A stretch of DNA of 13,172 nt from a virus (lineage: Duplodnaviria; Heunggongvirae; Uroviricota; Caudoviricetes). Location of the stretch: IMG/VR virus record IMGVR_UViG_2778261453_000011, positions 1 through 13,172 of that record; one strand, written 5' to 3'. Under the pieces are notes generated by a model. It saw nothing but the letters and a program-made list of their open reading frames with translations, did not search any database and was not told the origin of the DNA. Positions 1 to 7,632 of this stretch are shown here, piece after piece. A program made the translations under genes and the position numbers. How positions within the stretch are numbered: the stretch's first letter is position 1; each line of letters opens with the position of its first letter.

Positions 1-332
1 ATTTCGCCGTCTGCCTCCGCAATGGCCACCGCCACATCCAGCACATCTTCCGCTTCACGCGTATCGTGTTTCACATCCTCGATCTCACGTAACGCCGCAC
101 GACGACCAATTTTAAAGTTCGTATCCAGCTGACCGATAATGGTTGCGCTAATCGCATTAATTTCTGACGTAAACGCGGACAGCGCAGGCTGATTACGCAG
201 TACCTGTTCGATCTTCGCTTTCTAGGAAGCCTCACATTCACCATCTGCACAGGCCACCAGGTAGGCAGCATTAATAACCGCCTGTGCCAGATCGCGTTTC
301 TCAAACTTTCCTTTTTCCGGTTAACATGACAT
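1..332 (-). pseudogene. TerB-like (tellurite-resistance-family) protein gene, 5' portion, continues beyond window start; frame contains in-frame TAA (321-323) and TAG (222-224)
   Basis: Minus-strand frame reads ...KFEKRDLAQAVINAAYLVACADGECEAS*KAKIEQVLRNQPALSAFTSEINAISATIIGQLDTNFKIGRRAALREIEDVKHDTREAEDVLDVAVAIAEADGEI, with the repeated hydrophobic-A-x-ADGE pattern of TerB-type domains. The only in-frame ATG (332-330) is followed three codons later by TAA. The alternative open frame (ORF track 71..412) translates to W/R-rich junk. Confidence 0.4.
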
Positions 333-425
333 ACCAATAACTCTTGTCTAAAAAGCCAGCAAGATAAAAAGCCAGTATTCACGACCACCAGCGTGTTTAC
401 TGTACTGCACAAGGTTTACAGGTAC

Positions 426-443
426 AAAAAAACCGCTCAGCGG
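426..443 (-). terminator. Weak intrinsic-terminator-like hairpin (CCGC-loop-GCGG followed by T7 on the minus strand)
   Basis: Plus strand has A7 (426-432) then CCGCTCAGCGG (433-443); on the minus strand this is a GC stem followed by a 7-T run. Sits at the boundary between the AT-rich island and the TerB-like gene. Confidence 0.3.
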
Positions 444-484
444 CGGGTTTAAGTTGTGTGGCGAAGTAACCACTCTTAACACGA

Positions 485-522
485 TATAATACTTTTTGCG
501 TACGCGTTAGGATTTTTATAAA
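485..522 (+). promoter_or_regulatory. Candidate sigma70 promoter region for the AT-rich cassette (perfect TATAAT at 485-490; TATAAA at 517-522; 8-bp palindrome GCGTACGC at 499-506)
   Basis: Consensus -10 hexamers in an AT-rich leader upstream of the ATG at 569; no good -35, so low confidence. Confidence 0.25.
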
Positions 523-568
523 CTATGCGTCCCCATTCTCGCTATCTTTAGTCGGTCCTGGAATACAC

Positions 569-1015
569 ATGAAAGTTAGAAGCATAGGATTTACAATAAA
601 TAACAATAACAAAAATATTAATACCGTTGACGTAATGAATGCTTTTATCAACGCATCAAACAGAGAACACAGTCGCACAGACTATACTCGTAAAATTCTC
701 ATTTCGGATGTGAATGATTTCTATTATGGATTAGTTGTCACATTCAGAAACCAAAAAAAGAACTGTAAGTCGCAATTTGTTGATGGTAAATTCCAGCTTA
801 AAATTGAAGATCTTCAAGGAAGTGACAAACTTGCTAATTTCAACTTTTTCTTAATTAAAAAATCTAATCTTTCTGGTCTCTATATGTATCACCACGGTTC
901 ATGCAGTCTGAACACTCTCTTTTCTCATTTAGAAACAATAAGTAATGAATTTATCAGAAATCAAAATAAAGAAGAAATAAAAAACTTGGTGATAAACCAA
1001 AACAAAAAGAAGTAA
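569..1015 (+). CDS. Hypothetical protein A (148 aa), N/K-rich, no recognisable motif; first gene of AT-rich cassette
   Basis: ORF in the ORF track; first ATG after the upstream stop; very low GC compared with flanking phage DNA; weak SD (GGAA). Confidence 0.55.
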   Translation: MKVRSIGFTINNNNKNINTVDVMNAFINASNREHSRTDYTRKILISDVNDFYYGLVVTFRNQKKNCKSQFVDGKFQLKIEDLQGSDKLANFNFFLIKKSNLSGLYMYHHGSCSLNTLFSHLETISNEFIRNQNKEEIKNLVINQNKKK

Positions 1016-1059
1016 CTGCAATAAATAAAAAATACAAAGAAAGACTGACTTTCAGCCTT

Positions 1060-1494
1060 ATGACAAATAAAAACAACATTCAGAGTGTTTTATGTCAATT
1101 CAAAGAGATTAAAAGCACAAGCTTTAAATTTAATTATATAGATTTTAAAGGTGGACCAATGACTGCGCTTGAACAATTTGTTAACACCACCACAATAGAT
1201 ATGAATTTTAATTCTAGCGACAGAACAAAAGTGCAACAACTATCTCAGAATCTTTCAAATATTTATAATTCTATGAGTGGAGTTGCTAAAGCACAGGTTA
1301 TTGCAGTAAACCATGCAGGAATAGAAAAAACCATTGATTTTATGAACTGCCCTGTTTTTTTTGAAACATACGATTTCGATATAATTGCCGATAAAGTCAA
1401 TGGATTGACAAACGATAATTATACAACAAACCCTGTTTTTGATATGATAAAAGAAGAAATGCTGAACGGGACGAATAAAAATGCCTTTATATGA
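1060..1494 (+). CDS. Hypothetical protein B (144 aa; alternative start ATG 1159 with SD AAGGTGG giving 111 aa)
   Basis: ORF in track; 3' end overlaps the next gene by 14 nt (ATG 1481 / TGA 1492-1494), indicating translational coupling and an operon. Confidence 0.55.
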   Translation: MTNKNNIQSVLCQFKEIKSTSFKFNYIDFKGGPMTALEQFVNTTTIDMNFNSSDRTKVQQLSQNLSNIYNSMSGVAKAQVIAVNHAGIEKTIDFMNCPVFFETYDFDIIADKVNGLTNDNYTTNPVFDMIKEEMLNGTNKNAFI

Positions 1495-2029
1495 ATGGCT
1501 AATAAATAAAAGATTGAGGTATCAGTACCTTACACTGCTTGCATTCTCGATCCTGGCATTGCTTGCACTTTACCTATTGTACAGAAACACACCTAAAGTA
1601 AGTGTTAACTTTTTTGAGTTTTATCATAAAAACTTACGAGGCTATCTCTTCTCCGGTTTTATTTCCGTGGGCTCATTTTTATTGAGCCTGCATACCTTTG
1701 TCATAATAAATTTACGCGATAAGGTTTTTGCAACTCAGGAATATAAGGAAATTTATAGCATTGCCACTGGTATACCTATTGACAAAATCAATGATAGTGT
1801 ACTTTATAAACCTTTAGACAATTTATCCTCATTTATTAATACATCAATATTATGTTCTATCACAACAGCAATTGCACAATTCACTATTGGACTTTCAACT
1901 AATTTATATGCATGCTTATTTTGCGTATGGCTTGCAATACTAACGGTATTTCTTTTATTACATTGCCTCATCATAATCAGACAAAATATTAAAATTTTAT
2001 TAAAGCAACAGAGAAAAAAAGGGGGGTAA
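1481..2029 (+). CDS. Hypothetical integral membrane protein C (182 aa), four predicted TM helices, basic C-terminal tail
   Basis: Hydrophobic stretches YLTLLAFSILALLALYLLY, YLFSGFISVGSFLLSLHTFVII, SILCSITTAIAQFTIGLSTNLY and ACLFCVWLAILTVFLLLHCLIII; tail RQNIKILLKQQRKKGG; coupled to the upstream ORF. Confidence 0.7.
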   Translation: MPLYEWLINKRLRYQYLTLLAFSILALLALYLLYRNTPKVSVNFFEFYHKNLRGYLFSGFISVGSFLLSLHTFVIINLRDKVFATQEYKEIYSIATGIPIDKINDSVLYKPLDNLSSFINTSILCSITTAIAQFTIGLSTNLYACLFCVWLAILTVFLLLHCLIIIRQNIKILLKQQRKKGG

Positions 2030-2038
2030 TTCCCCCTA
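2019..2038 (-). terminator. Intrinsic terminator immediately after Q (GGGGG-loop-CCCCC followed by T8 on the minus strand); possibly bidirectional
   Basis: Plus strand A7-GGGGGG-TAATT-CCCCC-T (2014-2037). On the minus strand the GC stem is followed by an 8-T run, directly downstream of the Q stop (2042-2044). The stem overlaps the stop codon of protein C. Confidence 0.55.
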
Positions 2039-2041
2039 ATA

Positions 2042-2383
2042 TTACAACATTGAAAGCACACCATCCAGAAAACCAAGAGCTGTTTGCAACTCTTTTCTTA
2101 TTGTCCCATCAGAACACTTCTGCTTCTTTGCAATAGTTCTTAGTGAGATGCCGATAACAAAATGAGCAATAACCAACTCATACTCTTCGGGCTTATATTT
2201 CCGCAATCGCGCAACACAGCTGTCAATCATGATTCCTTCATCATCATCGCATTGTTGGCGTGTTTTCTTTCCATGAGGTAGTAAACCTTTAAACCCTGCA
2301 GCAACAGGCTGCCAGTCCACACCACTGTTATCTGCTGCAGCCCATGCACCCCAGCGGTCCAATACTTCATACATATCACGCAT
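2042..2383 (-). CDS. Late antiterminator Q (small Q family, as in phage 21 / DLP12 QuuD)
   Basis: Translation MRDMYEVLDRWGAWAAADNSGVDWQPVAAGFKGLLPHGKKTRQQCDDDEGIMIDSCVARLRKYKPEEYELVIAHFVIGISLRTIAKKQKCSDGTIRKELQTALGFLDGVLSML; position at the end of the nin-like region after RusA; SD GGAGA 6 nt before ATG 2383 (ORF track extends to TTG 2398). Confidence 0.7.
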   Translation of the reverse strand: MRDMYEVLDRWGAWAAADNSGVDWQPVAAGFKGLLPHGKKTRQQCDDDEGIMIDSCVARLRKYKPEEYELVIAHFVIGISLRTIAKKQKCSDGTIRKELQTALGFLDGVLSML

Positions 2384-2400
2384 CAACTTTCTCCACAAAA

Positions 2401-3395
2401 TCAGGCCAGCACGCCAATTGCCAGTGCACGATCGATAAAACGAAATATCAGCTCCAGCTGGGAGCCATACTTCTCTTCAAATGCCACGGTATCCGCATGC
2501 AGCTCGTCGTGATGCTTTCTGCACAAAGGCAACACAAAGAGGTCATGCGCTTTTGTAGCCATTCCACCCTGACCGTGACCTATCAGGTGGTGGGGATCAT
2601 CAGCAGGTTTTCCACAACATGCGCACGGCTGCGTCTTAACCCATCGCGTGTACTTTTCATTAACCCAGCGGCGACGTTTTGGGCGTAACATAAAAGACTC
2701 CGGCGACTCCGGATCCACTTTCAGCGCCAGCACCTTTTTCGCTTTATCCTGGATGATGCTGGTGGCAGGAACCGAAGGCACAAGGTCACTTTCCCGGGTG
2801 ACAGACGGCACAACAGGCTTCGGTAATCTCAGTGCCTTACGGGCTGCACTTTCCGGTAAGGCATCCGCCAGATCATTACGAATCAGCCACCAGCACAGTT
2901 CCGGCATTGTCACAACGTGACTGTCATCAAAACCGAGATCCCGACGCACGACAGACAACACCCAGCGGGCACAGTTATCCGTTGCCATTGATTCCAGCCG
3001 TTCCGTGAACTGATCGCGCAGCTGGTTATCGCAGTGCCAGCACAGACGGATTGCGCCCGGCGCGTGTCGCATTGTGGTCATGTTCTCGCTGTGCCAGTCG
3101 GAATGAGGCCACTGACAGCCTTTTTCACGAAGTAACCAGCTTTCAAGACATTCCACGCCACCAGCACGACGGATCACTGCCTCATTGCGGAACACGGCCC
3201 GAACGGCAGGATCATCCGCCAGCGGTTGTGATGCCGCCGGAACGGCACCACTGGCGAAAGATGAATAACGTTCCGGCTCAGGCTCCAGCAGGACACGCCC
3301 TGCATAAACAGGGGCATCAGCTCTGAACCTGGCCTGAACAATACGATCCCCATACGCGGGGCAATTTCAGGGGTCAGTAGTGCTCTCACGGTCAC
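2401..3395 (-). CDS. DUF968/YdfU-like protein with C-terminal Cys/His-rich (HNH-like) motif; apparent -1 frameshift near its 5' end
   Basis: Main frame (to 3367) reads ...CACCGKPADDPHHLIGHGQGGMATKAHDLFVLPLCRKHHDELH... and is protein-like for ~57 codons upstream of its first possible start (GTG 3195). The only start with an upstream stop is GTG 3395 in the other frame; frames meet at a G4 run (3358-3361). Confidence 0.55.
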
Positions 3396-3396
3396 C

Positions 3397-4239
3397 TCAA
3401 TGAACGGTATCGAGCAGCTTTAACAGCTCAGGGAATCGGGATTCGAAGAAATGCGGCTGCGTCTCGCGCGGATTTGCAGGACTGGTGATGTTCTTGCCGA
3501 ACATGCAGCCTTTCGCCGTCAGCGACCAGAATTTTTTGATGTTGTTAATCGCGGTACGGCTGTATCGTTCGCGTTGTTCAACGATCCCCAGCTTCACCAT
3601 CTGGTGATATGCCTGATTAGCCGTCAGGCGGATACCATACTGTTTCAGCAGTGCACTCAGCGACAGCGTGGGGCGACTTGAGCCATCAGGCGCGTCAGCA
3701 GGAGCATCAATGGCATAGCGCGGTGCCAGATTCGGTAAGCCAACAGCCTCCTGAAGCTTCTGACAGGCTCCAAGCACTGATGAGTTAGACAGGTTTAATT
3801 CCCGGCGCATAAAGTCCAGCAGGATCACGCCAGCCTGCATCTTGTCAGCAGCCTGCCCGGATAATTTTTCCGGTGTGCTGGTTACCATATCGAAAGTACG
3901 GATCACCTTCAGATGGAATGACGGGCTGATCCACATTGCATAGGCATACACCAGTTCCTTGCAGACATACGTTCCTCCATTCCGCCCTTCTATTTTACTT
4001 ACTGGTTTACTACCCAAATTTTGGGTAGTTTCATTGAATGAACCGACACCCAAATTTTGGGTATCGATCAATTCCTGAACCAGCTCAGTAATCTGTTGGC
4101 TGGAAAGAAACTTTCCCGGCTCCTTAGTTCTGGCATTTGCACCAGATGCAACAGCAGCCCGATGCAGATCGTTCAGGCTGTAACGCCCATAAGCATCACG
4201 ACGAACTTCAATACCATCAATGACCATCAGATTATTCAT
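3397..4239 (-). CDS. KilA-N domain protein (antirepressor-like)
   Basis: N-terminus MNNLMVIDGIEVRRDAYGRYSLNDLHRAAVASG...GTYVCKELVYAYAMWISPSFHLKVIRTFD matches the KilA-N pattern; SD AGGAGA 8 nt upstream of ATG 4239 (ORF track extends to 4272). Confidence 0.7.
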   Translation of the reverse strand: MNNLMVIDGIEVRRDAYGRYSLNDLHRAAVASGANARTKEPGKFLSSQQITELVQELIDTQNLGVGSFNETTQNLGSKPVSKIEGRNGGTYVCKELVYAYAMWISPSFHLKVIRTFDMVTSTPEKLSGQAADKMQAGVILLDFMRRELNLSNSSVLGACQKLQEAVGLPNLAPRYAIDAPADAPDGSSRPTLSLSALLKQYGIRLTANQAYHQMVKLGIVEQRERYSRTAINNIKKFWSLTAKGCMFGKNITSPANPRETQPHFFESRFPELLKLLDTVH

Positions 4240-4258
4240 ACTTCGTTTCTCCTCTTGA

Positions 4259-4648
4259 TCAGGCGGCTGCACCCGCCGTTTTCTCGTACTTACTGATAGT
4301 GATCTCGACCTTCCCTTCCGGGATAACCGGTCCCCACTCCACCAGCATTCTTTTCACCTGACTGTCGTCTTCCCACACACCCGCGTGGGTCAGGGCGTCA
4401 AACAGCGCCTTGTTATAGTTGTCCAGATCGCGGATCCGGTTATCCGGAGGAAACAACACGATCTCCACTGAAGCAGGTGCCGACGTTGGTTTCGGCAGAC
4501 GACGTAACTGCTCAACTATTGCTGCACACGCCGCGCTCTGGAATTTTCGCCCCGCCGCGCTTATCAGGCTCTTACCTGCAAACGCCCCTTTGTTGGGGTG
4601 TCGCCAGTACGTGTTCACGCTGGGCGGAAAAGGCAGGATCAGCTTCAT
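4259..4648 (-). CDS. rusA: RusA-family Holliday junction resolvase
   Basis: MKLILPFPPSVNTYWRH...DLDNYNKALFDALTHAGVWEDDSQV matches the RusA family signature (LPxPPSxN, DxDN, DD); ATGA start/stop overlap with the upstream gene. Confidence 0.8.
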   Translation of the reverse strand: MKLILPFPPSVNTYWRHPNKGAFAGKSLISAAGRKFQSAACAAIVEQLRRLPKPTSAPASVEIVLFPPDNRIRDLDNYNKALFDALTHAGVWEDDSQVKRMLVEWGPVIPEGKVEITISKYEKTAGAAA

Positions 4649-4971
4649 GCTTTCAGGCCCCTCTCATGTAACCAGTGGGTTGCACGCAGCCTTGCGTTTT
4701 CCTCACCGGCAAGCAGTGAGCGGATAATCCCGACCGCCTCGCTGTCGTCGTCCTTCACCGCGGTATGAAGCGTTATCCCCCGGGCCACGCCACGCTTTAT
4801 CGTGATGAAGCCTTTTTTCTCCAGTGCGCGAAGATGCTCCACCGCTGCATTCACTGAACGGTATCCCAGCATGGTTGCCACCTCCTGATTGGTTGGCGGG
4901 AAGCCACGTTCTTTCTGATAAGAAATCAGCATATCCAGCACCTGCTGCTGGCATTGAGTTAACGTCGTCAT
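4645..4971 (-). CDS. LexA N-terminal DNA-binding-domain-only protein (winged HTH; no S24 peptidase domain)
   Basis: LTQCQQQVLDMLISYQKERGFPPTNQEVATMLGYRSVNAAVEHLRALEKKGFITIKRGVARGITL resembles the LexA DNA-binding domain as I recall it ([55 protein letters not shown]...); only 108 aa; ATGA overlaps at both ends. Confidence 0.7.
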   Translation of the reverse strand: MTTLTQCQQQVLDMLISYQKERGFPPTNQEVATMLGYRSVNAAVEHLRALEKKGFITIKRGVARGITLHTAVKDDDSEAVGIIRSLLAGEENARLRATHWLHERGLKA

Positions 4972-5621
4972 GCCACCATCTCCCTGACCAGTTTTTCCGC
5001 CTGCTGGCGAACCTGCGCCAGAAACGCCTCACCACATGCCTCAAGTTCATCGCGCCCGATGTAGCTGATTGCCGGTCCCTTCCAGGTCTTGTCAAAAACA
5101 GCAATAGCACCAGCGAAAAAAGCTCCTGTCGGTACCTGCTTCTCGTCTTTCGGGATAAACCATACAGGCAGTTCAAAACCAATACGCCCGCGAATAAAAG
5201 CAATATGATCTGCATCTTCCGGCCACCACACTTCGCTGGTGGCAGCTTTGATCAGGAAAACATAGCGCCCGCCCTTATCACGCATGGCACTGGCATGTTT
5301 CATGATGTAACGCATGCCGGTGATGTATTGCCCCTCATGCTGACTGGCGCGGCTGTATGGAGGATTACCAAAGGCAGCACCTTTAAGCTCCGCAAGGCGT
5401 TCTGACCAGTCATGCGCCAGCGCGTTGTCTTCCGCCGTGTAATACGCGGCACATTTGGCGTTATCACCGTCAGTGAACAGATCCAGAACAAACGGGCCAA
5501 ACAGGGTGTTAATTCCCCAGAAAATGTTGTCCGGCGTGCGCCACTGATCACCCACTTCCTTCAGTTCATGGGCTGGTTTGTTCCGCAGTTCCACCAGCTC
5601 CTGGCAATATTTATTACTCAT
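4968..5621 (-). CDS. Phage Dam-type N6-adenine DNA methyltransferase (orphan)
   Basis: NPPY motif (AAFGNPPYSRA), size ~217 aa, location in the replication/nin module; start ATG 5621 preceded by GGGGG (ORF track extends to 5666). Confidence 0.7.
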   Translation of the reverse strand: MSNKYCQELVELRNKPAHELKEVGDQWRTPDNIFWGINTLFGPFVLDLFTDGDNAKCAAYYTAEDNALAHDWSERLAELKGAAFGNPPYSRASQHEGQYITGMRYIMKHASAMRDKGGRYVFLIKAATSEVWWPEDADHIAFIRGRIGFELPVWFIPKDEKQVPTGAFFAGAIAVFDKTWKGPAISYIGRDELEACGEAFLAQVRQQAEKLVREMVA

Positions 5622-5715
5622 TAAGCCCCCACGTAAAAAGCATCCGCAATGTCTCCGGAAGTACAACCCGGATGGGCTTCAATGAATTTCTGAACGTCAT
5701 TTAACAGACTCATGA

Positions 5716-6708
5716 TCACCCCCTGAATCCTGCCGGGATCTGGCTGTAGTCCACGTTGTCGTAACTGGCTTTGAAGTACGGGTCTTCACGTTTTTCTGTG
5801 TGCGTGCTGACGGACGGCGATAAGCGCAGGGAAAGCTCATCCCATTTTTCCCGCAACTTCGACGGGCTGAGCACGTTACGGCACCAGAACGGATCGCGGC
5901 TGACGCGGCTGTACATCTCGCAGATTTGTTTGTGAGTACGACCATCCTGCACACACATCAGGCGAATTTCGTTTGCCCATGCTGTCCAGTTCGGTTCTTT
6001 GGGACGAACCACCTCGCCGTCACATTCGGCGGCCTGCTCGTACAGGGCGATGATTTTTTTCCAGAGCCACTGTGCGCAGGTCAAATCATCCTGCGTTCCC
6101 CACTGGCGCTTTTTAGGGCTGAATACAACCGCATCAGGATGGCGAGTTAAAAACTCCTGTTCAGCCGTTTGCGTGTCCGGTTGCGAAGCGTCCGGACGAG
6201 AAGAGGTTTTATTCTCTGTAGTAATCTCTGTTGTATTCTCTGTAAGATCATTGGGCCATTTTGACCCGATGACAGCGTGTCGTTTTGAACCAATGGATCG
6301 TATCATTTTGCGCCCATCCATCAGGTCACTTTGACCCGATGGAGAAGTGCATTTTGACCTGATGGATTCGTTCACTTTGACCTCTTCTAAAAGCTCACTT
6401 TCATAGTTGATCGTGTAGAAGTTGGTCATGTCACGCTTCGATTTATTGAGTTGCTCGCGACGCAAAACCCCAAGTGATTTCAGGCTTGCAAATGTGCGTT
6501 TCAGAGTGGACTCTGACCAGAACGGAAACTGCTCCAGCCACTGTTCTGTCGTGTTATAAACCCAGCGAATTCCGCCATGCTCAGTGCCTGAATTCGTTTC
6601 ATTCAGCCAGTAATGAAGCTGCTGCAACACAATTGCCTCATTCAGACCAATACGGCATGCAAGATCACGATTTATCACAATGGGCTGGGATGTCATTAAC
6701 AGGCTCAT
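5716..6708 (-). CDS. Replication initiator (lambda O-like replisome organiser) with iteron origin inside its coding sequence
   Basis: 330 aa; N-terminal HTH-like region ([24 protein letters not shown]); six ~23-bp-spaced iterons in the middle of the gene; position downstream of the cro/cII-like genes. Confidence 0.7.
   Translation of the reverse strand: MSLLMTSQPIVINRDLACRIGLNEAIVLQQLHYWLNETNSGTEHGGIRWVYNTTEQWLEQFPFWSESTLKRTFASLKSLGVLRREQLNKSKRDMTNFYTINYESELLEEVKVNESIRSKCTSPSGQSDLMDGRKMIRSIGSKRHAVIGSKWPNDLTENTTEITTENKTSSRPDASQPDTQTAEQEFLTRHPDAVVFSPKKRQWGTQDDLTCAQWLWKKIIALYEQAAECDGEVVRPKEPNWTAWANEIRLMCVQDGRTHKQICEMYSRVSRDPFWCRNVLSPSKLREKWDELSLRLSPSVSTHTEKREDPYFKASYDNVDYSQIPAGFRG
6257..6384. 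repeat. Iteron array (origin of replication): 6 copies of C(A/G)(T/C)TTTGACC(C/T)GATGG at ~23-bp spacing
   Basis: Copies start at 6257, 6281, 6304, 6327, 6350 and 6373; adjacent 12-bp-period TCTCTGT x3 at 6213-6243. Confidence 0.65.
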
Positions 6709-6877
6709 GACCGACCTCTATTTCCCTGAATTTACGACGAAACTGTTCGAGCGGACTGAAGCATTCATGTTCATAGCCTTCACGGAGGTAGATAACCCGT
6801 TGTGTTTCCGGCTCCCAACGAATGACTCTGACGGGCACTCCGTAGTGATCTTTGAACCAGCGGTTAACTTGTCGCAA
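6665..6877 (-). CDS. Hypothetical small protein (70 aa; TTG start with SD AGGAG) or C-terminal part of a frameshifted ~130-aa gene
   Basis: Globular-looking translation ...[69 protein letters not shown]; frame open upstream to 6904. Confidence 0.5.
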   Translation of the reverse strand: MRQVNRWFKDHYGVPVRVIRWEPETQRVIYLREGYEHECFSPLEQFRRKFREIEVGHEPVNDIPAHCDKS

Positions 6878-7056
6878 AGGACTGTCTCCTTCTGCCGGTT
6901 GAAATCACCCACAGCCCACTCTGCAAAGCTGTGGGTTACAATTTCCCTGTCACCTGGTACATTCACTGCATAGCAATACTCCACCTTCGCTTTTCCACCC
7001 GGTACAGGAAGCGCAATCAGTTGCGAGCGACGGTAGTGTGTTGTTAAACTGTTCAT
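6718..7056 (-). CDS. Hypothetical protein (112-aa ORF); the first ~50 codons look coding, the rest may be out-of-frame read-through
   Basis: ATG 7056 overlaps the YdaT-like stop (ATGA) with SD GGAGA upstream; the C-terminal 60 residues are S/N-rich, low-complexity and overlap the 70-aa ORF. Confidence 0.45.
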   Translation of the reverse strand: MNSLTTHYRRSQLIALPVPGGKAKVEYCYAVNVPGDREIVTHSFAEWAVGDFNRQKETVLCDKLTAGSKITTECPSESFVGSRKHNGLSTSVKAMNMNASVRSNSFVVNSGK

Positions 7057-7610
7057 GCGTTAGTTTCTCCACAACCAGAAGCAATCGACGCCACGACGCC
7101 CGGAGCTGCACACTCGCGGGCGTTACTCTTTTCTGGAGCGCAGAAGATTTTGTAGACCAGTGCTGCATGCTCCTGGAGCTTCGAAATTGAGAGATACAGT
7201 TCGTCGTTAATTGCTGTCTTCTCATGCGGTTCCACTACACCGTCTTCGATTGCTGAACGAATCTGTCTGGAATAACTGCCGATCTGTTCAATGACTTCCA
7301 GCAGACGCTGGTTAATATCGGCGTTGTCCACATCCTCGACGTCAGGAAGAGACACAAAGACGCCATTTGCAGACTGCGCCACAGCGTCAGCAATGAAGTG
7401 AGTTCCACCAGCACGTTGTAAAATCATTGCCCATCCCAGCGGGAAAATCTGATCGCCATCGGCACGAAGGCGATTGAATAAAGCGTTCTCTGTTACATCC
7501 AGCCACTCAGCTGCTTCAGCGTAACCACCCGGCAACGCCGCGATAGTTTTTCTGACAGCTTTCACGTACCACTCAGGCTGTTTTTCTACTTTCCAGTGAT
7601 GCTTACCCAC
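7053..7610 (-). CDS. YdaT-like protein (CII-position early regulator)
   Basis: Immediately downstream of the cro-like gene; strong SD AAGGAG 6 nt before GTG 7610 (ORF track extends to ATG 7643, overlapping cro). Confidence 0.6.
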   Translation of the reverse strand: MGKHHWKVEKQPEWYVKAVRKTIAALPGGYAEAAEWLDVTENALFNRLRADGDQIFPLGWAMILQRAGGTHFIADAVAQSANGVFVSLPDVEDVDNADINQRLLEVIEQIGSYSRQIRSAIEDGVVEPHEKTAINDELYLSISKLQEHAALVYKIFCAPEKSNARECAAPGVVASIASGCGETNA

Positions 7611-7632
7611 GGCTATCTCCTTAAAACTGTGG

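Noticed and set aside
71-412. 113-aa minus-strand ORF overlapping the TerB-like region
   Set aside because: Translation is W/R/C-rich junk (MCSTVNTLVVVNTGFLSCW...); it is the out-of-frame shadow of the TerB-like frame.
393-420. Possible LexA/SOS box upstream of the TerB-like gene (CTGT...ACAG)
   Set aside because: Spacing between CTGT and ACAG is 14 nt rather than 8; no match to CTGT-N8-ACAG.
2344-3326. Plus-strand ORFs 2344..2688, 2648..2920 and 3051..3326 inside the DUF968-like gene
   Set aside because: Antisense shadow ORFs with biased, junk-like composition and no RBS; the minus-strand gene explains the region.
5235-5242. Chi site GCTGGTGG (further copies on the minus strand at 385-392, 2887-2894, 5591-5598)
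   Set aside because: An 8-mer expected by chance at about this frequency in E. coli-like DNA; no clustering or orientation pattern worth a claim.
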